Below, in pieces: positions 1-8,643 of a stretch of 38,226 nucleotides of DNA (position 1 is its first letter; every line of letters starts with the position of its first letter). This DNA is from Gemmatimonadota bacterium. GTDB taxonomy: Bacteria > 4572-55 > J002. Both the position numbers and the translations under genes were made by a program. The DNA lies in the NCBI GenBank assembly GCA_003697105.1, contig RFFQ01000136.1, positions 1-38,226 of the forward strand, given 5' to 3'. The notes under the pieces were generated by a model. That model was not told where the DNA came from, searched no databases, and worked only from the letters and a program-made list of their open reading frames with translations.

Positions 1-217
1 CAGATTTGAGGCTAGCCAAAAAAATATTTTTTCGCAGACTGTTGTAATACTTTCTATGACGCACCGTAGATTATTACAGATATACATTCGTTAGGGCTGA
101 TTTTCTGAATAACTTATTGACAACCCGATAAAAATCAACTATGCAGTAATTGGTTTTTTTTAGGGGGGGGTATGTAAATTCACTTTTTTCTAAACTCAAA
201 TCGGGGAGACGTAACTC

Positions 218-748
218 ATGGCTAATTTTGACGCTTTCATCAAAACATTGCTGAAACACGAAGGTGGTTTCGTGGATCATCCCAACGATCCCGGTGGCGC
301 CACCAACAAAGGGATTACCATGAATACCTTCAAGCAACACGCCCAGAGTCTGCTCGGCGTGGAACCGACGCTCGACAATCTAAAAGCATTAACAGACGAA
401 CAAGCGGCGAAGATTTACAAAAAAATGTATTGGGACCGGATTAAAGGCGATGATATGCAATTGCAGGAATTAGCAGAAATCGTTTTTGACTTTTATGTCA
501 ATGCCGGAGCAAATGCTTCCAAACTACTGCAACGGGTGATCTGTGATATGGGACAGCAGATTGCGGTCGATGGTGGGATTGGACCCGCTACCCTGCGTGC
601 CCTCAACCAGCTTGACCAAAAAGAGGTGTATCGCCGTTACAAAAAAGGGCGGCTGGAATACTATCAGAATCTGTGCGAAAAAAATCCAAAATTGAAGGTC
701 TTTTTGAAAGGCTGGACAAATCGCGTGAATTCGTTCCCCGATCTCTAA
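218..748 (+). CDS. Glycosyl hydrolase family 108 (N-acetylmuramidase) with C-terminal peptidoglycan-binding domain
   Basis: EGGFVDHPNDPGGATNKGIT matches the GH108 EGGY..DPGGxTxxGIT signature; VDGGIGPATL and FLKGWTNRV are typical of the C-terminal part; GGGGAG RBS upstream. Confidence 0.92.
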   Translation: MANFDAFIKTLLKHEGGFVDHPNDPGGATNKGITMNTFKQHAQSLLGVEPTLDNLKALTDEQAAKIYKKMYWDRIKGDDMQLQELAEIVFDFYVNAGANASKLLQRVICDMGQQIAVDGGIGPATLRALNQLDQKEVYRRYKKGRLEYYQNLCEKNPKLKVFLKGWTNRVNSFPDL

Positions 749-772
749 AAACAAGTGAGATTCCCCCCAACC

Positions 773-810
773 AAAAAGCCCGGCTTCCGGTACGGAAAGT
801 CGGGCTTTTT
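773..810. terminator. Bidirectional rho-independent terminator between convergent GH108 and selD
   Basis: AAAAAGCCCGGCTT...AAGTCGGGCTTTTT: GC-rich stem flanked by A5 and T5. Confidence 0.85.
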
Positions 811-829
811 CTTGGGAAAGAAGTCAAAA

Positions 830-1909
830 TTATGAATGGCGCACAATCAGGGATGTGTCTTCCCGTTCAACCGCACGACCGACCACTGCCCGCGTACCAA
901 CCCCGTTATCCGCAAGGGCTTCCAGCAGCCGGTCAAGTTTCGCCTCGCTGACGGCAATGAGCAGACCGCCGGACGTTTGCGGGTCGTGCAAGATGGGGAT
1001 TATCTCCGGGTTGACTGTGGGGTCAACCGCAAATTCAGCCGCCACATACGCCGCATTTTTCTTCAATCCGCCCGCCACATTGCCCGCGTTTGCCAGATCG
1101 ACCGCTTCTGGGAAATACGGGAGTTGATCGGCATAAATTTCAACCGTCAAATTTTCCCCATCAACCATCTGATAGAGATGCCCCGAAAATCCAAATCCGG
1201 TAACATCTGTCGCCGCCCGAACGCCAACCGCTTGCATCGCTTGGGCGGCACCGGCGTTGAGTGTTCTCATCACATCAACTGCCTGTTTTAGCAGGTCATC
1301 ACTCAGGTTTTCTTTTTTCAGGGCAGTGGTCAAAATCCCGATCCCCAGCGGCTTCGTCAACACAAACAGGTCACCGATGCGTACCCCTCGGTTGCTTATC
1401 GCTTGGCGTGGCGACACCGTTCCGGTAACCGAGAGTCCGTAAAACAATTCCGGTGCTTTGACGGAATGCCCACCTATCAATGCGACGTTTGCCCGTTTCA
1501 GGGTGGCGATCCCGCCTTGTAAAATTTCACCGAGCACCTCGTAACTCAGGACGGTATCGGAAAACCCAATGATATTGAGCGCGGTCAGAGGCTGTCCGCC
1601 CATAGCATAAACATCACTGAGCGAGTTCGCCGCCGCAATCTCTCCATAATGGAAGGGATCATCCACCACCGGCGTAAAATAATCGACGGTCTGAATCAAC
1701 CCCAGATCATCGCTAAGTTTATAAATTCCAGCATCGGCGTGGGTATCAAATCCAACCAAAATATTGGGATCGGTAAATTTCGGTAAATTCTTGAGAATGT
1801 CGTCCAGGACCCCTGGCGCAATTTTCGACGCTCAGCCCGCACACGCGACCAACTGGGTCAATTTCTGGATTTCGCGTTTACTCCGATTAACGGTCACATC
1901 TTGGAGCAT
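830..1909 (-). CDS. selD: Selenide, water dikinase (selenophosphate synthetase), selenocysteine-containing, 359 aa with Sec at codon 26
   Basis: The 830..1759 ORF has SelD motifs (QTVDYFTPVVDDP, AAANSLSDVYAMGG, GGHS, ATDVTGFG, DPQTSGGLL). The frame continues upstream through one TGA (1834..1832) to ATG 1909 with a GAGGT RBS: MLQDVTVNRSKREIQKLTQLVACAG*ASKIAPGVLDDILKNLP. Confidence 0.95.
1799..1831 (-). other. Putative bacterial SECIS hairpin directly 3' of the selD UGA
   Basis: mRNA UGA-GCGUCGAAAAUUGCG-CCAGG-GGU-CCUGG-ACGAC: 5 bp upper stem, G-containing loop 20 nt after the UGA, possible lower GUCG/CGAC pairing. Confidence 0.7.
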
Positions 1910-1967
1910 AAATACCTCAGGATGAAGTTTCACAATTTTATATTTCAGAGCAACAGTTTCACGCTTC

Positions 1968-1996
1968 AGAATACATCATTGATCTGAGGGCGTCAA
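1968..1996 (-). promoter_or_regulatory. Putative sigma70 promoter of selD
   Basis: TTGACG-17 bp-TATTCT on the minus strand, ~60 bp upstream of ATG 1909. Confidence 0.55.
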
Positions 1997-2044
1997 GGGT
2001 TGATTTTGGGAGATGGAGACTCGCGGAAGGCGATTTTAATTCTT

Positions 2045-2515
2045 TTAATTCCGGTGAGACGTACTTTTGAGGGTGTTGATGGTCTTTTTAATTTTGAGGA
2101 GGTGCTGATGATGGGCAACCGCTTTTTTGACGAGGTCTAGCAATGCCGCGGAATCACCGTTTTTGTCCACATAACCAAACGGTTTGTACTGGCGCCGGAG
2201 GGCAGAGGATTCCATAATATCCTGAAAAGCGGAGTAGAAGATGATCGGTAGGTCGTGGTAAACTCGTTTAATTTCGTCATAGACTTGAAAACCGTTTTTT
2301 CCCGGCATTTTAATATCGAGGATTACGGTATCAAACTGGTCGGTCAATTTTGCTAAGCCCTCATCGCCAGAAGCACATGCCACGACATCGTAGTCATCAC
2401 GTAAGCTAATTTTAAGGGCGTTCCGCAAAGTAAAATCATCATCAATGATCATTACTTTGGGCTTGGGAGTACTGGAATCTTCCCGGCGAGAACGTCGAAT
2501 ACGGTGAATTGCCAT
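2045..2515 (-). CDS. Single-domain response regulator (receiver only)
   Basis: VMIIDDD acidic pocket, ILDIKMP phosphoacceptor, PIIFYSA, YVDK; no output domain; start overlaps kinase stop at 2515. Confidence 0.92.
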   Translation of the reverse strand: MAIHRIRRSRREDSSTPKPKVMIIDDDFTLRNALKISLRDDYDVVACASGDEGLAKLTDQFDTVILDIKMPGKNGFQVYDEIKRVYHDLPIIFYSAFQDIMESSALRRQYKPFGYVDKNGDSAALLDLVKKAVAHHQHLLKIKKTINTLKSTSHRN

Positions 2516-4545
2516 CAGTTATCACCTGTAGTAGATTTAGGTTCCGGAAATGCGAGCGTAAAGCAAGTCCCTTTGCCTTCCTCACTTTGAACATCGATGG
2601 AGCCGTCGTACATGGTCACCAGTTTAGAAACGACATTTAGCCCTAAACCGGTACCGGTCGTGGGTTTGGTGGAATAAAAGGGTTCAAAAATTTTCTTAAT
2701 TTTATCCGGCGGGATTCCCATCGCGTTATCCCGAATTTCCAATGTTTGCATGCCATTGGATTGGGTGAGTTTAACGTCGATAGTTCGCGGACGCTCATCC
2801 CGCACTTCGAGTAAGGCATCGCGAGCATTCAACACGAGGTTATTAACAATGGAATGAAAGTGATTATCACTGCCGGTAATCGGCGTGGTCTCGGTAATCT
2901 GAGCCGAGAGGGTGATCTGTTGTTCGGCGAACGGGTTGGTGTGTTCGTTCACAATAGCCTGCACCACGTCGCTGAGTCGAACCTGTTCATCGCCGGTAAC
3001 GGTCTGGCGTAGGCGTGCATAGGATAAGATTTCGTTGGTCACTTTCATTCCGCGGTCCACCGATTGGGAGACCACACGAATCACCTCATTCAGGGTAGCG
3101 GCATCGTCGGCAATGTAGCCGAAGCATTCTAAAATATCCGCTTTGGACTCTTCGGGGAGATGGTCTTTAATCAAATGGTATAAATCTTCGGCGGTTTCAG
3201 CAGTTTCTTCAGGTAAAGTCACATCGTCTTTATAGACTTTATCGATCAACAGTTTCGCGCCGGTGAGGGCATTCCGCATTTCATGGGCGAATCCGCCAGC
3301 CATTTGGGTTTCGAGCGCCTCTTTTTCTAGTTTAACAATTTCCGCATGAGCCTCTTCCAACTGGCGCGTTCGCTCTTTGACCCGTTCTTCGAGTTCTTCA
3401 TTCAGTTTGCGAATCTCTTCTTCCGCTTGTTTTCGTTCGGTCAAGTCGTAGATTGCGGCTAAGCGGCAAGGCTCGTTGTTAAAGGTCAAGGGCTGGATCG
3501 AAACGGCGGCCCAAAAGGGTGTCCCATCGATTTTTTTACCCTCAATTTCATATCCGTCAACGGATTGATGCTCCTCCAGATGTTTGCGTAATGGCTCGTG
3601 AAACCGTTCGTCATAAAATTCAAAGGTGCGATGTCCGATGAGTTTTTCAATTGGCAATCCGAACAATTCGCTGGCGGGGTCATTGGCGAACAAGATGGTA
3701 CCATCTTCAATCCGGCTCACTAAAATTGGAACCGGCGTGGTTTCGGTAATCAATCGAAATCGTTTTTCACTGGCTTCCAGATTGACGGTTAATTTACGCA
3801 AGTTCACCCGCATTTTTTCGACATCAGAGACCAGTTGACCGACTTCATCTTCACTGGAAGCATGGATGGAATTTTCCAGATTTCCCGAGGCAATTATCCG
3901 CACCTGATGTGCCAATTCCTCAATAGGGTGGGACATCTGACGACCCAACAGATAAGCCCCGCCGGTGCCCAAAATGATAAACACCAACACCAAGCCTAAT
4001 GAGAAGTACCATAAATCCGCAATGGCGCGGTCGAGGGGGGCCGTATCCAACACGATATAGATAAACCCCAGTGGTTCCGAGGAACGTTGGTCGGCTTCCG
4101 TATTTTCACTATACAGCAAACGGACACTCTCCAGCACCTGACGGCGCCGGTCTCGCCGGATGAGGTTTTCGTGCTTTGCCAGTTGTTCCAGAACAAATGG
4201 ATTTTCCAAGCGGGAAAATTGGGTGTGGCGGTCGGGGTCAGACGTGGCGATGATCATCCCGTTAGCGTAGGCAACAATCAGCAACTGGATATCCCGGTCT
4301 TTGGCGGCAACCTCATTGATGAGGGTTTGAAGATTGGAAAAGGCACTTTCCTGAATCCCTCGGGAGGAAATAATCGAAAAATTCCGATTGATTAAGTCCG
4401 CTTTATCTTCCAAGGCACGGATGAGCAAATGCTCGGAGCGTTTAATAAATACAAACGAGAGCGAAAGCATTGAAATGACAATAATCAAGACAATACCGAT
4501 CATAAATTTATACTTGATGCTCAAATTCTGGAGATTGAAACGCAT
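2515..4545 (-). CDS. Membrane sensor histidine kinase (TM, periplasmic domain, TM, HAMP, PAS, HisKA, HATPase)
   Basis: Two hydrophobic helices; HAMP (PIEELAHQV...DEVGQL); PAS (ILFANDPASELFG, KKIDGTPFW); H-box GGFAHEMRNAL; N-box NLVLNARDA; FEPFYSTK; GTGLGL. Confidence 0.95.
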   Translation of the reverse strand: MRFNLQNLSIKYKFMIGIVLIIVISMLSLSFVFIKRSEHLLIRALEDKADLINRNFSIISSRGIQESAFSNLQTLINEVAAKDRDIQLLIVAYANGMIIATSDPDRHTQFSRLENPFVLEQLAKHENLIRRDRRRQVLESVRLLYSENTEADQRSSEPLGFIYIVLDTAPLDRAIADLWYFSLGLVLVFIILGTGGAYLLGRQMSHPIEELAHQVRIIASGNLENSIHASSEDEVGQLVSDVEKMRVNLRKLTVNLEASEKRFRLITETTPVPILVSRIEDGTILFANDPASELFGLPIEKLIGHRTFEFYDERFHEPLRKHLEEHQSVDGYEIEGKKIDGTPFWAAVSIQPLTFNNEPCRLAAIYDLTERKQAEEEIRKLNEELEERVKERTRQLEEAHAEIVKLEKEALETQMAGGFAHEMRNALTGAKLLIDKVYKDDVTLPEETAETAEDLYHLIKDHLPEESKADILECFGYIADDAATLNEVIRVVSQSVDRGMKVTNEILSYARLRQTVTGDEQVRLSDVVQAIVNEHTNPFAEQQITLSAQITETTPITGSDNHFHSIVNNLVLNARDALLEVRDERPRTIDVKLTQSNGMQTLEIRDNAMGIPPDKIKKIFEPFYSTKPTTGTGLGLNVVSKLVTMYDGSIDVQSEEGKGTCFTLAFPEPKSTTGDN

Positions 4546-4562
4546 GAATGCCTCAGCGGGTA

Positions 4563-5519
4563 TTATTTGTGGTCGGAAAGGTCTTCTGGGAAAATTTTAT
4601 CCACGTCATCAAAAATGCTTTCGTCGAGCTGATTCTCATAGAGTTGCTGAGCCACATTCCGGTTGATAACCGTGTAGGTACCAATCGGTGGGGCAATAGA
4701 GATTTGGGCTGGTTGAACATGGTCTTGTCCGATCCGTTTTGCCACCAAAGCCAGTTGGGAACCTAAACTATGATAATCAATGGAAATAGAGAAAAAAGCA
4801 CCCGGTTTGAGAAACGCTTCTGAAAACGCAAGGATGGGCTTTTGTGTCTGTTGAGAAAAACGGATCAAGTCTTGAATCGCGGTGGTATTCCGGTTGTACA
4901 GTTTGGTATCTGCCAACATCCATAACCCGTCGATACGCTTTTGCTGTTTTTTAAGTTTTGCAGTTAGCGTATTGGGATCGTTAATGGCAATTTTAATCAA
5001 TTGGATTCCCATCTGGCTTGCGTGGGCTTGGGCTTCTTCCACAATTTCAGAGGAGACTTCCGGATGGTAGGGCACACCGATAGAATGTATCTGCGGTGAA
5101 ATCAGCCGAAATTGGGTAAACAGGCTCATCGGCGGAATTTCCATCGAGATACCGGTAACATTCTCTTGCCGGAGTTCCGGGTAGCGCTTGTAATTAATCA
5201 CCATAGAAAAGATGATCGGGCGTTCCTGCTCAACCCGAATCGTAGTTTTCGCCGCCAGTAAACCCAAACAGATAATCACATCTGGCTGGTGAAGCTCGAT
5301 AAATTGCTTTACTTTGCGCGAGTCAGCGTTGCCTTCGAGGTCCAAAATGGCTGGATTCGCCTCTGGGAAGCTGTTCTGAAATCCGGTAATCACCTCATCA
5401 ATTTGCCGGAGACTTTTACTTTTGATGATAGCGTAGGTCTCCGTAGCTTCAGCCTGCCCCGCAACGGATAAGACCCCCATTACAATACATAGGATAATCA
5501 GATAATTTCGAGTACTCAT
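4563..5519 (-). CDS. Periplasmic substrate-binding protein, ABC_sub_bind-like
   Basis: Signal peptide; PDVIICLG, PIIFSMV, NVTGISM, IGVPY, IDY..LGSQ, VINRNVA pattern of this class I binding-protein family. Confidence 0.8.
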   Translation of the reverse strand: MSTRNYLIILCIVMGVLSVAGQAEATETYAIIKSKSLRQIDEVITGFQNSFPEANPAILDLEGNADSRKVKQFIELHQPDVIICLGLLAAKTTIRVEQERPIIFSMVINYKRYPELRQENVTGISMEIPPMSLFTQFRLISPQIHSIGVPYHPEVSSEIVEEAQAHASQMGIQLIKIAINDPNTLTAKLKKQQKRIDGLWMLADTKLYNRNTTAIQDLIRFSQQTQKPILAFSEAFLKPGAFFSISIDYHSLGSQLALVAKRIGQDHVQPAQISIAPPIGTYTVINRNVAQQLYENQLDESIFDDVDKIFPEDLSDHK

Positions 5520-5529
5520 TCTGCCTCCG

Positions 5530-6309
5530 CTAGGATTCTACATTAAATCCGGTAATACCAAAATACCGTAAAACGACTTTCGTCGCCCCTTGGTAAGGCA
5601 TATCTTTAAATACGGAAATAAACCGGTCAACATTTTGGGTTTGCGGAAAAACAACGACCTTGGGGTAAGCAATTGGTTTCAGCTCTTGAAGAATATGCAA
5701 TTGGTCAACAACGTTGGGGTTTATTTGCCGTAATTTTTCCAAGCTACTGGGGGTGACAATCGCGCCATCCACTTGGTCAAAACCGAGCGCCATAATGGCA
5801 TCAATATCTTTCGAGACAGACATCACCCGGACATCTTGGGCGCGGAGTTCCTCCGGCAACTGGGCATTCAGATATTCTTGCGATACCGCACCGGCAGAAA
5901 CCGTCGCCAAACTTTTATTTTTCAGATTTTGCACCAATGAGATCGATTTGGAAACCACAAGCACTTTTGTAAACACCGGGGTCTGTTCGTAGTGACCGGC
6001 AAGGATAGATTTCCAATTATAGTGAGATTTCATCGATTCATAATAGTAGGAAGCGACAATCGCCACATCAGGTTTCAGTTGGTCAACGGCGCGTTGAAAA
6101 TCATCTGGATTAGCAAACACGTAAACATCCGCCGTAATGTGCTGGGATTCCAGATAATCGATTAGGTTTTGGCGCACTTTATCTACATTGCTGACGCCGG
6201 CTTCGGGATTATAGATGAAGATCGTCTCCGCTCCCAACAGGGGAGTCCATAAAAGCAAAACACCAAGCAACCAATATTGAAAGTGACTTACACTTGATTT
6301 ATAACGCAT
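5530..6309 (-). CDS. Periplasmic binding protein, class II / PhnD-like
   Basis: Signal peptide; VLVVSK..LKNKSLA and AIMALGFDQVDGAIV resemble the PBP2 (phosphonate-binding) fold; ligand unknown. Confidence 0.65.
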   Translation of the reverse strand: MRYKSSVSHFQYWLLGVLLLWTPLLGAETIFIYNPEAGVSNVDKVRQNLIDYLESQHITADVYVFANPDDFQRAVDQLKPDVAIVASYYYESMKSHYNWKSILAGHYEQTPVFTKVLVVSKSISLVQNLKNKSLATVSAGAVSQEYLNAQLPEELRAQDVRVMSVSKDIDAIMALGFDQVDGAIVTPSSLEKLRQINPNVVDQLHILQELKPIAYPKVVVFPQTQNVDRFISVFKDMPYQGATKVVLRYFGITGFNVES

Positions 6310-6365
6310 AACACTCCCATATTTTCCGTCACCATGAGGTACCGGGTTTTAAGAAATAGATTCTG

Positions 6366-6391
6366 GGTCGCCCACGGGTTTATGGGCGACC
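6366..6391. repeat. Intercistronic 9 bp perfect inverted repeat (hairpin without U-tract)
   Basis: GGTCGCCCA-N8-TGGGCGACC just after the stop of the third receptor gene. Confidence 0.7.
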
Positions 6392-6395
6392 ATCA

Positions 6396-8630
6396 TTAGT
6401 AGTTCATATGCAACGAGACCAACACGGCACGCCCGGGTTGGGGTAATAACGAGTTATAATAGCTTTGGGAACCCCCCACCCATGTTCCGTCAGATTCAAA
6501 ATAACCGGGCGTAGTACCCGCTCCGGCATCCCGAATACCGGGATGGTCATACTCAGTATCAAATAAATTATAGACATCAACTGAGAGTCCCAAGCCACTC
6601 CCGACGACATTGAGCCATTCCAGATGCACATCGGTAGTGAAAAAGCCATCCACTGCAGGAATGGGGTTGGAATCAACCGTTTCCCGTTCGCCAATAAAGC
6701 GTCCTCGAACGGTACCCCAGACGTTGGAACCAATGGAACTGGTAATTCCAAACCACAATTTATCCATTGCTAAATCGCCAATGGCACCCTCACCCACATG
6801 AATTCCATCTTCAAATTTAGCTTCTTCCGCCTTAAAAATATGAGAATAATAGAGCCAGGCTTTAAGTTGGCGCGCCTCAGTATTTACCAACTGGTAATGA
6901 AAATGATAATCCATTCCGGTGACCGTGCGGTCTCCCAGATTTTTCGCACCATCCGGTGTATTCACGATTGTTTTCGTATTGTTCACCTGCCAAAAACTAA
7001 TCAAATTTTTGGAATTTCGCCAGTAATAACTAGCACTGATTTCAACCGTTTTGGATTCCTCCGGTTTTAGGTTCGGGTCACTCCCGGAGCCCGTCCAACC
7101 ACCGTACAATAAACGCGGAACCGGTTCCTGAAACGCCTCACCATAAAGCACTTTCAGACCCAATTTACCGAGTTTTGCCGTGTAGCCAGAGCGGATGGTA
7201 GTGGCACTGCCATATTTGGAATTATCATCCAGACGAACTCCCAAATGCAATTGATGTACCCCATCTTGTCCCCATAGGTTCTCCAGGCGGTAACGGCTTT
7301 GTACATAAACCCCTATATCCTCGGTGAAAATTCGGTTTTGTGCCTGAAACACCGCCGGTGGCGGCTCAGGATACTGATACGTAGCGGCATCAATCTCACC
7401 AACCGGTTCGTAGCCACCGGGCGTTCCGGCGGCACTTTCCCCATTAATGTCATAGGCTTTTTGCAAATATTTCTGCTCGTACTTCATTCCCGTATTGAAC
7501 GAAAACATCTTATTCACTTTCACATCAAAGTCTTGATTAAAAGAAATACTCGCATTCAATATCTGCCAATAGGAGAACGCCGCCACATAATTTTCGCCAT
7601 CAAAATAAGCATCGACAAAATAGGAATCATTCGAAACATCACTGCGGCGGAAACGCAACATAGAGGTGGAAAATAAATGTTCATTCAAACGGTGTTGATG
7701 GCGAACAAAAAAGCTGTAATCGGGGCGTTTCCAGACCGCTTTATTCTGGACTTTATCCGCCGGAAAAACCAAACCGTACCCGCCATCGGTCACAAAATAC
7801 TGCAACCCCATTTCCGTATCCCCCATATAAAGGCGGGCATCCAATCCGCGATGCCGGCGTGGTGAGGAAAATTCACCGGCAATATTGGGATTATCGACAA
7901 AGCCGCCCCAGATGTTCCGATCCGCATAATATTTATCCTGCAAAAACTCGTAGCGTTGGGCGGCATCTTTATCCAAATCCCCGTTATCTAAATGCACGGC
8001 AAGGCTGAGCCGCAGGTCATCTTTTTTATAAAAATAATGCAGATCGGCAATCTGGGTATCATGGGGACCTCGTGTCAACCGGCTGGAAAAATGCGACCCA
8101 TTTTCCGCCATATCTTTTTGGGTGATGATATTAATGACACCCATAAAGGCATTGGCACCATAGACGGAAGACGCCGGACCATAGACCACTTCAATGCGAT
8201 CCACATACGAAAGAGGGATAGTTAATAGAGGAGTATCCCCGGTATTGTAGTATAGATGGTTCAAAATGACACCATCAACCATTACTAAAAACGGTTCGCC
8301 GATGGTGTTGCGATAACCGCGCCAATAATTTTTAAACTGGGTATCCCCATAAGGTCGGATCACCTCCATACCGGGGAGATCATCCAAAATATGGGAAACT
8401 TCGGTATATCCTCGTTGTTGTAAATCCTCTTGAGTCAGCACAATGACGGTAGCCGGTGCTTCAGAGAGTTTTTCAGCGGTATTCGAGGCGGTTAAAATTT
8501 CCACATCGAGCAAATTTTCAAGCTCATAAAAGCTGAGTTCATCTTGGGCATCATTCAAATCTTCACCGGAACTCAGCCCACATAGCACCGTTATCATGAC
8601 AACCACGATACACCCAAATAAACGACTCAT
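6396..8630 (-). CDS. TonB-dependent outer-membrane receptor (third in operon)
   Basis: Signal peptide; plug motifs APATVIVLT, LVMVDGV, DRIEVVYGPASSVYGANAFMGVINIIT; LKPEES; NLFDTEY; C-terminal Tyr. Confidence 0.95.
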   Translation of the reverse strand: MSRLFGCIVVVMITVLCGLSSGEDLNDAQDELSFYELENLLDVEILTASNTAEKLSEAPATVIVLTQEDLQQRGYTEVSHILDDLPGMEVIRPYGDTQFKNYWRGYRNTIGEPFLVMVDGVILNHLYYNTGDTPLLTIPLSYVDRIEVVYGPASSVYGANAFMGVINIITQKDMAENGSHFSSRLTRGPHDTQIADLHYFYKKDDLRLSLAVHLDNGDLDKDAAQRYEFLQDKYYADRNIWGGFVDNPNIAGEFSSPRRHRGLDARLYMGDTEMGLQYFVTDGGYGLVFPADKVQNKAVWKRPDYSFFVRHQHRLNEHLFSTSMLRFRRSDVSNDSYFVDAYFDGENYVAAFSYWQILNASISFNQDFDVKVNKMFSFNTGMKYEQKYLQKAYDINGESAAGTPGGYEPVGEIDAATYQYPEPPPAVFQAQNRIFTEDIGVYVQSRYRLENLWGQDGVHQLHLGVRLDDNSKYGSATTIRSGYTAKLGKLGLKVLYGEAFQEPVPRLLYGGWTGSGSDPNLKPEESKTVEISASYYWRNSKNLISFWQVNNTKTIVNTPDGAKNLGDRTVTGMDYHFHYQLVNTEARQLKAWLYYSHIFKAEEAKFEDGIHVGEGAIGDLAMDKLWFGITSSIGSNVWGTVRGRFIGERETVDSNPIPAVDGFFTTDVHLEWLNVVGSGLGLSVDVYNLFDTEYDHPGIRDAGAGTTPGYFESDGTWVGGSQSYYNSLLPQPGRAVLVSLHMNY

Positions 8631-8643
8631 GGCTATCCCCCTC

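Noticed and set aside
1-830. Prophage around the GH108 lysin
   Set aside because: No holin, structural, integrase or att evidence within the window.
830-1909. selD as a nonsense-mutated pseudogene or 309 aa protein
   Set aside because: The single TGA falls exactly at the catalytic Cys/Sec position and is followed by a SECIS-like hairpin.
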